From: Raja brachyura
Lineage: Eukaryota
DNA: 64,000 nucleotides
Assembly (NCBI GenBank): GCA_963514005.1
Contig: OY740813.1
Coordinates: forward strand, 16,120,001-16,184,000
Reading direction: 5' to 3'
In this document: positions 34,530 through 47,642 of the stretch, one piece after another
How positions within the stretch are numbered: the first letter of the stretch is position 1
Layout: every line of letters starts with the position of its first letter
The notes under the pieces: model-generated
What the model was told of the DNA's origin: nothing
Seen by the model: only the letters and a program-made list of their open reading frames with translations
Databases searched by the model: none
Made by a program: the position numbers and the translations under genes

Positions 34530-35332
34530 CATCCGCTTGGCAAGTGGGCTGAAGAATGGCTAATGGAGATTAATGCAAATAATTGCAGGATGTTGCATTC
34601 GGGAAGTCAAACCAGGGCTCTGGGGAATATTGTTGGACCCTGGGGAATATTGTAGACCAGAGGGATCCAGGAGTGCAGGTATGTAATTTCCTGAAGGTGG
34701 TATCACAGGAAGACATCCTGGTCGAGAAACCTCTTGGCCTTCATCAATCATGGGATTGAGTATAAACTAGGGATGTTATATTACAGTAAAATAACATGTT
34801 GGTGAGACCACACTTGGAGAGTTGTGTTCAGTTTTGGTCACCCTACTATAGGAAGGATGCCATTAGGGTGGAAAGAGCACAAAAAAGATATACAAGGATA
34901 TTACCTTGACTTGGGGGCTGAGCCACAGGGAGAGGTTGAGCAGGCTAGAACATGGAGTGCAGGAGGCTGAGGGTTGATCACATACACATATATAAAATTA
35001 TGAGGGGAATAGAAACGTTGAATGCCCAGGGTCTTTTACCCAGGGAAGGGGAATCAGGACCCAGAGGACATTTGTTTTAAGTTGAGAGGGAAGTATTTAA
35101 TTGTCACCTGAGGGGCATTTTTTTTACACAGTGGGTATACGGAACAAGCTGCCAGAGAAGGTAGTTGAGGCAGGTATTATAACAGCATTTAAAATACATT
35201 CAGAGGTAAATGGATAAGAAAGATTTAGAGGGATGTGGGCCAACCACGAGCAGATGGGATCAGTGAAGAAGGGGATCTTGGTTGGCATGGACAAGTTGGG
35301 CCGAAGGGCCTGTTTCCATGTTGCATGACTCC
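34530..35332 (+). mobile_element. Older CR1 LINE 3' fragment
   Basis: Homologous to 2460-3030. Ends gggccgaagggcctgtttccatgttgcatgactc. Confidence 0.8.
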
Positions 35333-36017
35333 CCCAGTACCAGGCCACCTCAGTCAATGGCAAGAATATCCAACCATTGTTGGTGATAAACAAGAACATT
35401 AGATTGCCAACCTCTGCTCCTTCTGAGTTGCACTGAACATGGCAAAATACTAAATTAATGAATGAGGGAGAGGCTTTATTATTTAATTTCACACCATGAT
35501 ATTCCGAGCACATGTTGAGTCCCAAGATCCCTCCCTGAACTGTAGACCACTGCTGTGTCTGCAGGTCGGTCTTGTCGTGTGAGTGGTGGGCTTCAAGGGA
35601 CCGGGGTGAAGAAGTCTGAGTCCTGCTCGGTGGCTCTGAATGTATATATGACTAATATCCACAATTGTTTGACTCGTCCCTATGCCAACTCTCATTTTTG
35701 TCACCAGTTCCCAATGTAAAAGTGGAGGATATTGTAATATTGACGAGGTTTTTCTTGTCCCCGGCCTTGTCCTCGTGTCTCCATTACAGTCAGGTCTTGC
35801 ATTTTGTCCTGTGTTGAATTCAACTTCGCAAAAGATCATATGGGTTTGAACTCCACTCTCTGATTATTGTTTGTAAGTCCAGACCTTTAAATAACTAATT
35901 CAAACCCACATTATGCTCTACGAATCACCGCAAAGTATATTTAAGATCTTCTACACATGTTGATGGATTGAATTCCAGTGAAACAGATGATGCGGCGTCA
36001 TCGTAGAATGTAGATTG

Positions 36018-36135
36018 AAGGAAGGGCAGATGCTGGTTTACAAAACCAAAGACACAAAGTGCTGGAGCATCTCAGCGGGTCGGGCAGCATCTCTGGACTA
36101 TATGGAAAGGTGACGTTGCGGATCGGGACCCTTCA
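36018..36135 (-). mobile_element. Penelope-derived end with degenerate hammerhead
   Basis: cagatgctggttta...gacacaaagtgctggagc...ggtgacgttgcggatcgggacccttc. Confidence 0.7.
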
Positions 36136-37454
36136 AACGAGAATGTTTGCAGCAGAGACAGAAGCTCTTTGGTCCATTACTGCCTTGCACTGTCCACAGT
36201 CCCGCGTCTCTGAACGTACACATCCAATAACGTTATAAATATGAGGAAGATATTTCCTCCGCCACGCATTCAGACACAGTTACCCTCTGAGTATTTTTTA
36301 TTTCTTCATCTACTCTCTAATCCTATAATTACTTTTAATTTACATCCCCTTGATTTTTGATTCCTATTATAAAGAAATTGGGTCCCTATTTGTGCCCTCT
36401 GGGGCCTTTACCCGGCCCGTTGTACCCAGTTCTTACTCGCCCTAGTTTATCCAATCCTTCCTCTCCTCTCGAGGTGTCCTGGCGGCTTTTCCAGTGCAAC
36501 CTCGCCTTCCCTGCCGAGTGGCCACAGCATTCCTCAAGCTGGGCTCGATCTTGTATTGCGGTGTCCCACTGCAACCGCTCCAATATTCCATGGCTCGGGT
36601 CATGGCTCGACACATAAAGGAAACTGCTCAGTGTGCCCTTTTAATCACCTAATTCACAGATCTTTAAGAAAACTATGGACGTACATTCTGTATACTTTCT
36701 CCGACACAACTCAGTATCCTTCCAATGATCCGCGTCCCACGGTCTTATTCCACCTCCTGCTGCAATCCTCACGTGTCCAGGTTAGATTTAATTTGGCTTC
36801 TTTCCTGCCCAACTGGACAAGCCTCTGCAACTTCAAGGTTTCCTTCCCTCTGTTGACAGGGCAGCGATTTTTGCATCATCGCAAAATTATTGATCTCCAA
36901 TGTTTTAACAGTGCATATTGTGCTATAATGTCGACGAGATGCAGACCATGGGAAACGTTACAATCGAGGATCGTTTCGGAGGATAATTATGTTGTTTTCA
37001 CAGTTAGTGGAAGTCTGGGATGAAATTTCAAAATGCAGAGAAGACTTAGCTGCCCAGTCAGCGTCTGAGGAAAGAGATACAGGGATCCAAGAGTCTACAT
37101 CAGACCTGTCGAGTACTTCCAGCATTCTCTGATTCAATTTAAAAAGACAATTCTCCTGGCAGGAAGTAGCTGTTCGGTGTGTTCCACCCGATGCGCTTCC
37201 ATTTAAAAAATAAGGTATAAAATTATTGTTTATTTCACTCACTATATTGCAACTCGTATAAACAGGGCCGACGGCATCTGCTGTACACTAGATCCGGGTT
37301 TAGCATTAACCCGACGATAGATTCCATCAGGTGAGGCTTTCTCCCAGCATAAATTAAAGGCTCCAAATTTGTACCATACGCCTTAAAAATGTAATCCCGG
37401 CTCTTGCTCGAACCCATTCCCCAAGAGCAGGCACCAAAGATAAAATAGGCTAAA

Positions 37455-38770
37455 ACGAAGATAGACACAAAATGCTGGAGTAACTCAGAGGGACAGGCAG
37501 CATCTCAGGAGAGAAGGAATGGGTGATGTTTCGGGTCGAGACCCTTCTTCAGACTGGTTAGGGATCAGGGAAACGAGAGAGATAGATGGTGATGTGGGGA
37601 GATAAAGAACAATGAATGAAAGATAAGCAAAAAAGTATCGATGATAAAGGAAACAGGCCATTGTAAGCTGTTTGTAGTGTGAAAATGAGAAGCCAGTGCG
37701 ACTTGGGTGGGGTTAGAGATAGAGAGAGAAGGAATGCCAGGGCCCGAGGGCTGAGGGAGAGGTGGGAAGGGGAGGAGACAGCAAGGATTAACAGAATTGA
37801 GAAAAATCAATGTTTAAGCCCAGAGGATGCAGACTCCCCAAGCGGAATATGAGGTGCTGTTCCTCCAGCTTGCGGTGTTGCTCACTCTGGCCGTGGAGGA
37901 AGCCCAGGACCGAGAGGTCGGATACGGAATGGGAGGGGGAGTTGAAGTGCTTGTTATCGGGGGAGATGGAGATACAGAGATAAGGAAGTGTAAGGTGTGA
38001 AAACAGGACAATGGGAATCGAGATTTAGGAAAATGCAGAATAGATCATTGTTGTCTGGGAGAAGGCAACAACAAAGCAAACTGAGATAAACTAGCCGGAG
38101 GCGGTAGGACCGATCGGAGAACTGGGAGGGGGAGGGATGAACAGAAAGGGAAAGCAATGGTTACCTGAAGTTAGAGAAGTCAATGCCCATACCGCTGGGG
38201 TGTAAACTGCCCAAGCGAAATATAATTTGCGCTGGGCCTCACTGTGTCAGATTTCGCTTGGGCATCTTACACCCCAGCGGTATGAACATTGATTTCTCGA
38301 ACTTCAAGTAACCCTTGCTTTCCCTCTCTCTCCATCCCTCCCATTTCCCATTTATGTAGTTGGAGTCAGCCCTACTGTCTCCGACTACAGTTCTACATCT
38401 CTGTTTGCTGTGTTGTTACATTCTCCCAGCTAACTGTTCTACATTTTCTGTTAAAGAAGGAACTGCAGATGCTGGAGAATCGAGGGTTACACAAAAGCTG
38501 GATAAACTCAGCGGGTGCAGCAGCATCTAAGGATTGAAGGAGATAGGCGACGTTTCGGGTCGAGACCCTTCTTCATCTCGATTCCTTTGTCCTGTTTTTC
38601 ACACCTGACACTTCCTCATCTCAGTATCTCCCTCTGCCCTGACATCAGCCCGAAGAAGGGGCTCGACCTGTCACCCATTGCTTCATCCCAGAGATGCTGC
38701 CGGTCTCGCTGAGACACTCCATCATTTTGTGTCTATCTTCGGTTAAAAACCAGCATCTGCAGTTCCTTCA
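37455..38770. mobile_element. Composite Penelope-like cluster (tandem and inverted 3' ends)
   Basis: Minus 37803-37952 encodes KHFNSPSHSVSDLSVLGFLHGQSEQHRKLEEQHLIFRLGSLHPLGLNIDF (C-terminus of the PLE GIY-YIG domain). Inversion centred near 38235. Hammerhead-like cores at about 37525-37552, 38549-38576 and 38650-38675. Confidence 0.85.
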
Positions 38771-39569
38771 TAAACGTAAAATAGTTTAATTGTTTTCAAA
38801 TAAACCTGTTCCAAGTCTATTTTAACGCGAATACTTGATATTTCCGTCCGTTAAAATGGGTATTTGCTGGTGCCGGCGATAGAGAGCCGCCGGATAAGCG
38901 AGGACCCCATGAAATAAAAAAATTATCCTCAACTCCACACTGACAATATCTCCGTTACAATAACCATCCCCAGACGATTACGAAGCAATTCAACATAGAA
39001 CAATAACTACAGCACAGGAAGAGGCCTTTTGAACTCGTCTCCCTGTCTGCACATCTTCCATATATTCTCAGCCAAAAATGATCATTCCCGCTCAAGGTGG
39101 CCAAGATCCAACAATGTGACAATTGGAAGTTGAGTGGGGTTTTTTTTCCAATTGAAAAATGCAACTAATCTGTGATGTTTGTCCCTTTCCCCGGGATCCA
39201 CGGTAGGCGGAGTAAGCGCCAGGAAGATTCTGCTGATGTGAGTGGTCGGTATTGACTCGGCCACCACAGTCATGAAGAACGGGAACAAGGCCTTCGGCCC
39301 AAAACGGAGTCTTATCACAGAAATGTCATCACTTCACCGGCATCGCGTCCATTACCAGTCCCGACCTCTTCAGCCCTGGCCAGATGCTCGGGATGAGTTT
39401 TTCTGAAGCCAGTCCAGCGCCCATTTACTCCGCTCTCCCGTTTATCTCTCACACCCTGTCCCGGCCTCTCCATCTGGGTTTTATATCTCTGCCTAGCCGT
39501 GTGGCATAACTCGGGCCAGCGATCAATGGCCCAACTTAACCTTCTCGCTTCCCGCCAGGCATTAAAGTT

Positions 39570-39665
39570 TGGGAGGTAGACAAAGGTGCTGGAGAAACTC
39601 AGCGGGTGCAGCAGCATCTATGGAGCGAAGGAGATGGGCAACGTTTCAGGCTGAAACCCTTCCTC
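39570..39665 (-). mobile_element. Short Penelope-derived end
   Basis: gtagacaaaggtgctggagaaactcagcgggtgcagcagcatctatggagcgaaggagatgggcaacgtttcaggctgaaaccctt, flanked by repeated gcattaaagtttg (39559 and 39667), a likely TSD. Confidence 0.78.
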
Positions 39666-40399
39666 TGCATTAAAGTTTGACCATCTCACCCAAAGATCTC
39701 TAGTATCTTTGATCTCACCCAGCGATGTCAGACGATTCCGTTTCCGACCTGTTCCCCGCAACAGTCAGGAAGTCGCTTAAAGTTCGCAATCTGAGTGGAG
39801 TTTCGGGCCGGATTCGTCCAGTGGTGCCCGACGCTGATAACCTCACCGGCGACCCTGCGTGACATCTTTCATCATGAATGTTCAGCCCGATTGAGGCAAG
39901 TTAGTATTGACTGACATCCCTAATATAGCGAGGATGCCATCCATACAGCTGCCGCTGCGGAGGCATTTTCTTTCCTCGCCATAGTTAACACCCCCTCTCT
40001 GTCCCGCTCAGGGCGAAGATTGCAACAATACAACTCAAACATATTCAAAGCCCCGGCCCGGGCCTTCAGACCCCAAGAATCCTTCCAGCCGTTCGGCCCA
40101 TCGAGTGAGCCCCGTTCCGGCAACAAGGGGATCCGCGTTGGCGGTGGCGGGAGGACAGGAGAGGGAGACTTTGATTCCGGTCGTAGACAACACAAACTTT
40201 TTGTTCACTTCACAGAAACATTTTCTGTTTTACCGCTGGTATCAGTTAACTGCATTTTGCCTTCCTAATTTGCAATTAAAATCATTCAATGACAGAGCCG
40301 GGGAGACATACAGAGCGGAAACAATCGTTAGGTCCATTTCGTCCGGACTGACCAAGTTGTCTGACTAACCCTGTACCTGGCCGATATCCAGCTACATTT

Positions 40400-40760
40400 T
40401 TTCTATCCATGTATCAGTCGAAATATCTTTTGAATGCTGTTTTTGTACCCGCCTCAATCACTTCCCATGGCAGCTCGTTCCACAAATGCACCATAATTGT
40501 GAAAAAGTTGTCTCTAGGGTCCCTTTTAAATCTTTCTCCTCTGACCTTGAACCTGTGCCCTCTAGTTTTAGATTCCTCTACTCTGGGGAAAGAGGCTGTG
40601 GCCTTTCATCTTATCTTTGTCTCTTACGATCGCGGAAACCTCTGTAAGGTTATCCCTCAGCCTCCAACCCCCTAAGGAAACAAAGTCCCATCCTACCCAG
40701 CCGCTCTCTATAACTCAAACCCTCCGATCCGTTAACATCCTCGTGAATCTTTCTGTGACC
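40400..40760 (-). mobile_element. Old CR1 3' fragment
   Basis: gtacccgcctcaatcacttcccatggcagctcgttccac...ctgtgccctctagttttagattcc. Confidence 0.7.
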
Positions 40761-41061
40761 TTAGCCTGACCCTGGCCCGACTCCCCGGGTGTGATCAGTG
40801 GGGGTGAATGTCAACATCTTGAGATCGAGGTTTTATCAGAATTGTGCGTTCTGGTGGCTTTTTAGAAACTGTTCACTGGGAGAATGCTTGCAAACACCCG
40901 ATGTCACAGCGTAAAGTTTTAACAGAACTGAAATGTCCCGTCGTCCAACCTGTGAAGACAGTGTGAAACCTGGCGGTGAAATTCCGGTCCACAGGATTGC
41001 TTTATCATAAAAGTGATTTTAAAAAAGTCACGAAAAACTTTTGTTAAAGTGACACCTCCCT

Positions 41062-41064
41062 TCC

Positions 41065-41095
<31 letters not shown>

Positions 41096-41146
41096 ACAGA
41101 GCCCCCCACACACACACACACAGACACACACACAGACACACAGACA
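41062..41146. repeat. Poly-C tract followed by (CA)n microsatellite
   Basis: About 19 C followed by interrupted CA repeats. Confidence 0.9.
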
Positions 41147-44100
41147 CCACATCCTCCGCAAGGTGGAGGGAGAAGCCCCCTTTCCATTTCCCACAGACCG
41201 CCGCACAGACACCCTCCTCCCGAAGGGAGACCCCTGCAAGGATAGAGCGGATGGAGAGGAGGGAACGCTGCTGCAGACAGGATGAATAATCTAGTTCAGT
41301 TTATAAGTTTCGGAACATCCCCTCCCCCGCCACCGTTCTCACCCTGAGCTCCAGCCCCAGTAAGTACAGCGATTATTAAAAGCGCGCTCTTGGCCACTTA
41401 CCGGAATCTCAATGAGAGGACATTGCATTGGATCAATATGTTTCAAAGTAACGATTACTTTCATAAATGACGGGTGCGATTCGCTCAATAATTCCTCGGG
41501 ACATTCATTATGCGGCCTCTTGTTCCGCGTTGTCCGTGATATTTATCCAAGTCCGTCACTGCTACATGTCAATGTGACTCATTCGGATCAAACTTAAATC
41601 CGCTTAAATCGGTTCTTCAATAAACTCTTAAGAAACTGCCTGTGTATTCCCGGCTTTAAAATTGAAAATCAGATTGGATAAAATTATTATTTTCTCTGGC
41701 GAAATAGGGCTCTCGGGAGGACGGGAGAACTGCCCCTAAAGTAACGAGATTGCTCGTTGATAGGGCTGGCATAATTACAATGGGCCGAGCAGCCTCCTGT
41801 TGGATTCTCAGATTAGTCCAGCATTTCTGCAGCGCACCTGCGCCGGAGTTTGTACACTGGCTCCCTCTTGTATTTTTCTTACGAGGCTTTTATTCTGCAT
41901 TAAGTAAACTTTCCTGGGATGGAATCGGGTTGCGCCCGGGTCGCGCTTTCCGGTCAGCCCCTGTGGATCTACATCTTTGAGGCTTTCAGGCATTTTTTGT
42001 TCACCGACTTGTGACACTTCCTTTAAGTTTGAGGAACCTTGATAATCTGCTGTCTCCATTGTGACACTTTGGCGAAACTCTGATTATTTTTTTACGGGTA
42101 TGGCCACAAATTAGCCCATAAAGAAACTAATAAACACCTACAAACAGTTGAAATGATTAGGGTGAATCCCAATGGTTGACCTTTATTAAGCGGTTTTTTC
42201 GAGCTCCCCGCCCCGCCCTCACCTCCACCTCAATGCATCGTGGCCGCGGTTTAACGCGGATAAGGAGAGGCTGAGACTGCGCTCGGCAGGGCTGGGAATG
42301 AATATTCTGAGGTGCTGCCTAACCCGCTGAGTGATCACAGCACTTTCCCCCCCAAAAAATGTGTCACTTGTCTACAAGCGTGTTTAGGCAGAAATGTACA
42401 TTTAATACCAGAGAATAATACTCCGTGAATAAATTGTTGTACTCGATTATCTATTATGCACCAATATCATTAAACTGGAATAAACTGATTTATTTTATTT
42501 AATCATACAACCACTCAACTGTTCGAGCTCCCTGTTCCCTGGAGGTGAGTACAATCCTGGGACTTCCCACTCGCTGACAGTCCAGGGAAACGTCTCGCCC
42601 GGGGGGTGAGGTGTAAATGTCATCCTTGCCCAGCTAGAAGTCTCCGCCCCCCCGGGCCTGACTCCCGAGCCCTTCACTTTCACCACGGAACTGCCCGGGT
42701 CAGGGGTGGCGCGATGTAAAATGATTTAGGAATATCACGAATTAGAATCGTGCAGCACGGAGGTGGCCATTCGGTCTATTCCTGCTGGTTGTTTAACTCT
42801 CCGCCGCTCTGCACTTTTGGCTCCTTCATGCTGCCATATCTTTGCGGAGTTGCCGTGAAATTCACTTCTATCCCCTTTCGGGCAGTCCAGCAAAATGCTG
42901 CAAAACCTTTCCACTTATTTCCCCTCGGTGACCCATCGCAACACCACGAACTCTGCTCACCGAGTGGCGGGGGATGATCGCCTCCGTTTGTCTGGGTTTT
43001 TTTAAAACCCAGGTTAAGATTCGCTCCCTGGCATGAAGTTCACGTTGTTGTAGACGACGACTCGAAGCTTCCGACGGGCGAACCGCCGGCTACAGCAGCG
43101 TGAACTTCCCGGCGCTAGCAAAATGTAATCTTGATAGTTCCTCATTCAGAACAGTTTACTCGTTGAAACATAACATGTTCTCAGTCACCCCGGTTCCCCA
43201 AAATGCTTCCAACACATTAAGAGACACTAAATAAAGAGTGAGCGAGAAGCAGCTGTCAAAGTAAATGACGTGAGTGGGGTAGAGAGATAATTCACTCAGA
43301 ATTCAAAGCTGACGAGTTCTCGATGTACCGGAGACCACCTTACAGGCTGGAAACTGGCATGAGCCGACACTTGTTTTTCTGGCCAGCACGAACGGAAAGG
43401 GCCGAGTGGCCACCTCCAAGTGGCACAGCGGTTCCACGAGTTGACTTTAAATAACTTATTTAGGCAAAGGCTGTTACCATGGAAAGGTTAAAAGCCGCTT
43501 CTTGCAGATCACTTGTTTGACAGGCAAAGCCGATTCTAAATTCAATCCGGAAAAATAAAAATATTTTTTTAATTTCTGCAAGTTGAACATTTATTTTTTT
43601 CTGCGTTTGGGGAAGGAGTGGCGAGGGTATTCAGTCCGGCCGCTCGTTGCTCATGGAGGTTCGCTTAGAATTGAGGCAAATGATAAATATTTCTGTAATC
43701 GAGTCAGAGCGCTCACCCTTATCCCTGGCCTCCCAACCCTTGACATCAGTGATATCTGTGCTCACGGCAACTGTGAGTTTGTTTTAACCGATAACAGTCC
43801 CATCACAACTTGTACCAAACGAATTAGATGCGAGGGTGCATATTGACCGCTAACACCGTGAATGCTATTAACCAATGTACAATGTAAGGGAGATGAAGGT
43901 TCTGTAATTTGTAATTCCCCGATACAGTAACGCATTCGCATACATGATACATATACTCAATATTCAGGATCATTTGTCTAGGCGTACAGTGAGTAGGGGA
44001 ACACATTGTCTGAGCGACAGTGAGTAAAATGGATATGGAGTAAATATTAAAGAATTATGAAAAGGCTGCGAGTTCCTGGAGAATTCTGCAATACTTTGCT

Positions 44101-45859
44101 TCTGAATGCAGCAGGAACGCAGACAGATTTTAGCCAGTTGAGTTGTAGCTCTCTGGTGATGGACCGGTTGACAGCATCGTTCCAGAACATTCGCCGCACA
44201 GACCGTGGGCTTTCCACCGAGATGAATGTGCGCCGTGCCCATACTCACACCGATCAAACTGATTTCCCTGGGACTGCACCCATGTCTGACTGCGCACAAT
44301 TTTGGCTCCCTGGGTATGAGCGATCTCAGGTAAGGTCGCTGAGAATGTCCCAGGTATCATTATTTCATTTGGGGAGTGTGGTTGGTATGAAATAACCTCG
44401 TGAATGCAGCTGGTACGAGCTAACCGGCCTAGTTAATGTAGCTGATGCCAGCTACCCCCCCCCCCCCCCCCACCCCCCCACCCCCCCCCCGGTTAATATA
44501 CTGTGAACCAGCTCGGCCCCCAGGTGAGTCCGCGTCTAGCAGTCAATTCCCCAGGTTCCATTACCTGCTGCCAGCATTCTCCCTGGTGAATGCAGGAGGC
44601 ACCGTTTATGTCCCCCTGGTAAAACTATGTGCAACTTTATGGGTCGTAGGAAGTTTCTAAAACAAAAGAGAACGACTTCAGTGATTGCTGCAAGACAGCA
44701 ACATAACTTAGAAATGAGACAGTAAACGAGATACATTGAAGAAAACACAACAGAACCTCTGGATAGAGAGGGGAACAGATTCAAAGCAACGGGATTTGCA
44801 ATCGGCCTCGGGCAAGAAGACTGTGGGACAGCAAAAGGTTTTACTGAAAGTAGTAGCGGTTGCACTCGTAGCTGAAGGCCGCCAGAATGAAGCGATTTAA
44901 AGAGTTGGTCTGCCTATAACTAGTGTGATAATGTTACATGTGGTGCGATGTACCTCAAGTGGCGTGTCTGAGAACAAGTTCATCCGTGATTAATGACAAT
45001 TAGTGGAAGTGAAACAGCGAATGTAGAGCCGCCAGCACGATATTGAAGACACATTTCAGAGTCTCTCATGCACTTGTCCGCGTGTTTCTCGGTGCAACAG
45101 GCAGCGAGCGAAAGTTGAGCCGCCAAGATGCCACAATCTCAAGGACAATCCCATCCCATCCCCCCCCCCCCCCCCCCCCCCCATCTACCCCTGCCCCCCA
45201 ACTCCCTCCCCAAACCAATGCGAGCCGAAGCTTAGAAGCATCGGGAACATTGGGTTCATGTGGATATTAACTGGGCACACTGACTTTGCCTCGCTTATGG
45301 TTGTGAATAATGTATCGTATTAAAATATCTGCTTGCGTTATTAATGTGTCGAGTGTCCTGTACCTTTTCCTGGTTTTACTTTATTTCCCGATTAAAAGGT
45401 TAATTTCTCTTGGTCAATGAGCGAAAATAATGACATCATGAATTACACCAAGTCAGGTCAACTCTTACAATGTATGCGGCCTTTGAACTGGAGTGACTCG
45501 CTGGAATGGTCTGGAAAATGTAACCCGTGATGTCAGCAGAAGACTCGCTATTTCACCCTGTGAACCCCTGCCCGCGGACAACCACAATAATGTTTGAGAT
45601 ATTGAGACTGCTGGACGTCGCTTTAAGACGCAGAATTCCCAGAAATTCGGCCGCAGACTGTAGTTGGGCAACTTTATGGCAAGTCCTTCCCTCCATAAAA
45701 TTCCGGGGAAATGAAGCAGAATGTTGCTGAGGTTAAGTGCCTCTGCATCAGCAACACCCCTCCTCCCCGCCACCCCGATCCACAATTGCTTTATCTACAC
45801 AAACTGCGGAAAGTGCCGGCGTTCCTGGCGTCATCCACTCCAGTTCCTCTCATTTCGAC

Positions 45860-46284
45860 TAACAGGGTCGGTTCGCAGTCACTGTGATGTCAGGCAGAAG
45901 CCCCAATCAGAAACGCTTTTGCTCGGGCACGTGTTACGGACACATTAAAAAAAAAGAGAGGAAAAAAATCCCTTGCAAAGTGACAGAAGTGCATTTTAGT
46001 CCAAAAGTGTCGCGGGGAGGGCGGGAATCTGGTGCGCGGAGAACGATCCTTGGAGGAGCGGTCTGCCTCTGTCCACGGTTCTGAAACGCATTCGCCGTCC
46101 AAACGACATCAGAACTAGAATCTAGACCCTGTTTCAAGCCACAAAGAGATTCAGATTTTGCACCAACTTTCTTTTGGAGATTGAAGTCAAGAGTTTCATT
46201 GCCCGGGATCGCTGTTTGGAAGCGGAAGGATTTCGCCGCCGAGTTCCAGCCAACTTTGTTCCAAATGACCATTTAAGGTGAGGC
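45860..46284 (+). promoter_or_regulatory. barhl1 proximal promoter / 5' UTR
   Basis: CpG-rich sequence directly upstream of the ATG, with CCAAT (ccccaatcag near 45903) and a GC box (gggagggcggga near 46015). The TSS cannot be determined. Confidence 0.5.
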
Positions 46285-46735
46285 ATGGAAGGCTCCAGTT
46301 TCGGGATTGACTCGATCTTATCCCACAGGCCAGTTAGCCCGGTCCTGGCCAAAGGAGATTCGTTGATAGGCGACTGCAGATCGCCGCCAGAGATGAAAGG
46401 CGCTCTGAGCCCTGTGTCGGACGTGGGCAGCGACCACGATTCCCAGTCCTCGCCCGGGACCGAGTGCGGCGAGATGCCACCGCCGCTGCCGGGCGCTGCT
46501 GGCGGGCTGGAGTCGCGGCCGCACCCGGGGCAGCTGTGTGCCGTGCCCCAGGCGAGGACTGCCACTTCATCCTTCCTCATCAGAGACATTCTGGGCGAGT
46601 GCAAACCTTTGGCGGCCTGCGCCCCGTATTCCAGCAGCGGCCAAACTCCCCAGGAAACGACGCACAAACAGGGAGAGGAATTCAGAGAGAAACTGGACAA
46701 AAGAGAGAATTCTTCCTCGGACACGGAATATAAAG
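46285..46735 (+). CDS. barhl1: BarH-like homeobox 1, coding exon 1 (two FIL/Eh1-like motifs)
   Basis: ATG in good context (ggcATGg). MEGSSFGIDSILSHR...SSFLIRDILGECKPLAACAPYSSSG...SSDTEYK. Donor aaag|gtaag at 46735/46736, phase 1. Confidence 0.97.
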
Positions 46736-47642
46736 GTAAGCCAACAGCTGGTCAGACTCCACAATTAAGAAATAATTCAAACTCGATGAGAGAGGATTTC
46801 TGCTCATATTAGGCATATAGTTAGAATAAGTAGGCACAAATGCTGCGGGTGGGGAAAACTCCACATATAATATTCCTTTCTATATATTAAAGCGACCACA
46901 GTTTAGTGGATGGCAGCGGCCTGGGTTTGGATATCGTCCAGTGAGCGTGTTTGCTTTTTATTTCTCGGGCAATCTATCCGTGTTAAAATGGGATCGTTTT
47001 GGGGTTTTTTTGCACACAATCCGAGTGGTTTGGACGGGGGTTGTAACGCAACGGCCGCCGTTCACACTAAAGTAGCATTGAGAGTGGATTCCGCAATTGC
47101 CGAATCTTTTGTTCCCTTTCCGCCACTAACTTTCAGGTCAAAGTCAGCAGGGCAGAGTCAACCCGCCGATGACCGCGGTGCAGTCTGACCCCACGTGTGA
47201 CTATCGGGGGATAACTACGGCACTAGGTTCCATCGGAATTATTTAGCAAAAGCATAATAGAACGAAAATAGTTGACGATCTCCCTCGCGTCGTTTTAACA
47301 AGGAAATATTCCTAAATAGACCGTCTATGCTGGGCGGTTCCTCTGTCACTGAGCAAGTACCGTGACATCTCTTGAATAACATGTTAATAATGCCATAACT
47401 AACTTTATTTTATTTATAGTTTATTTGTCAGAAAATCTAAACAGTTACTTTCAGGAAACAGTATTTAAATATAGTATATTCATCAAGGCGCCGTTTCCCG
47501 AAGAATGTAAAATGAGGGTGGCAGATTTTAATATATCGGGAAGATTTTAAACGTGTCCTTAAAATGTCGCAGTTAGTTGCATTTCTGCGAGATTGTACTA
47601 ACGAAGTTAATCTTCGCCTATTTGTTTTCAACTGAATCAACT

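Noticed and set aside
46736-46812. Tail of the 175-aa ORF 46285-46812
   Set aside because: Read-through into intron 1. Homology stops at the AAAG|GTAAG donor and resumes in frame at 50906.
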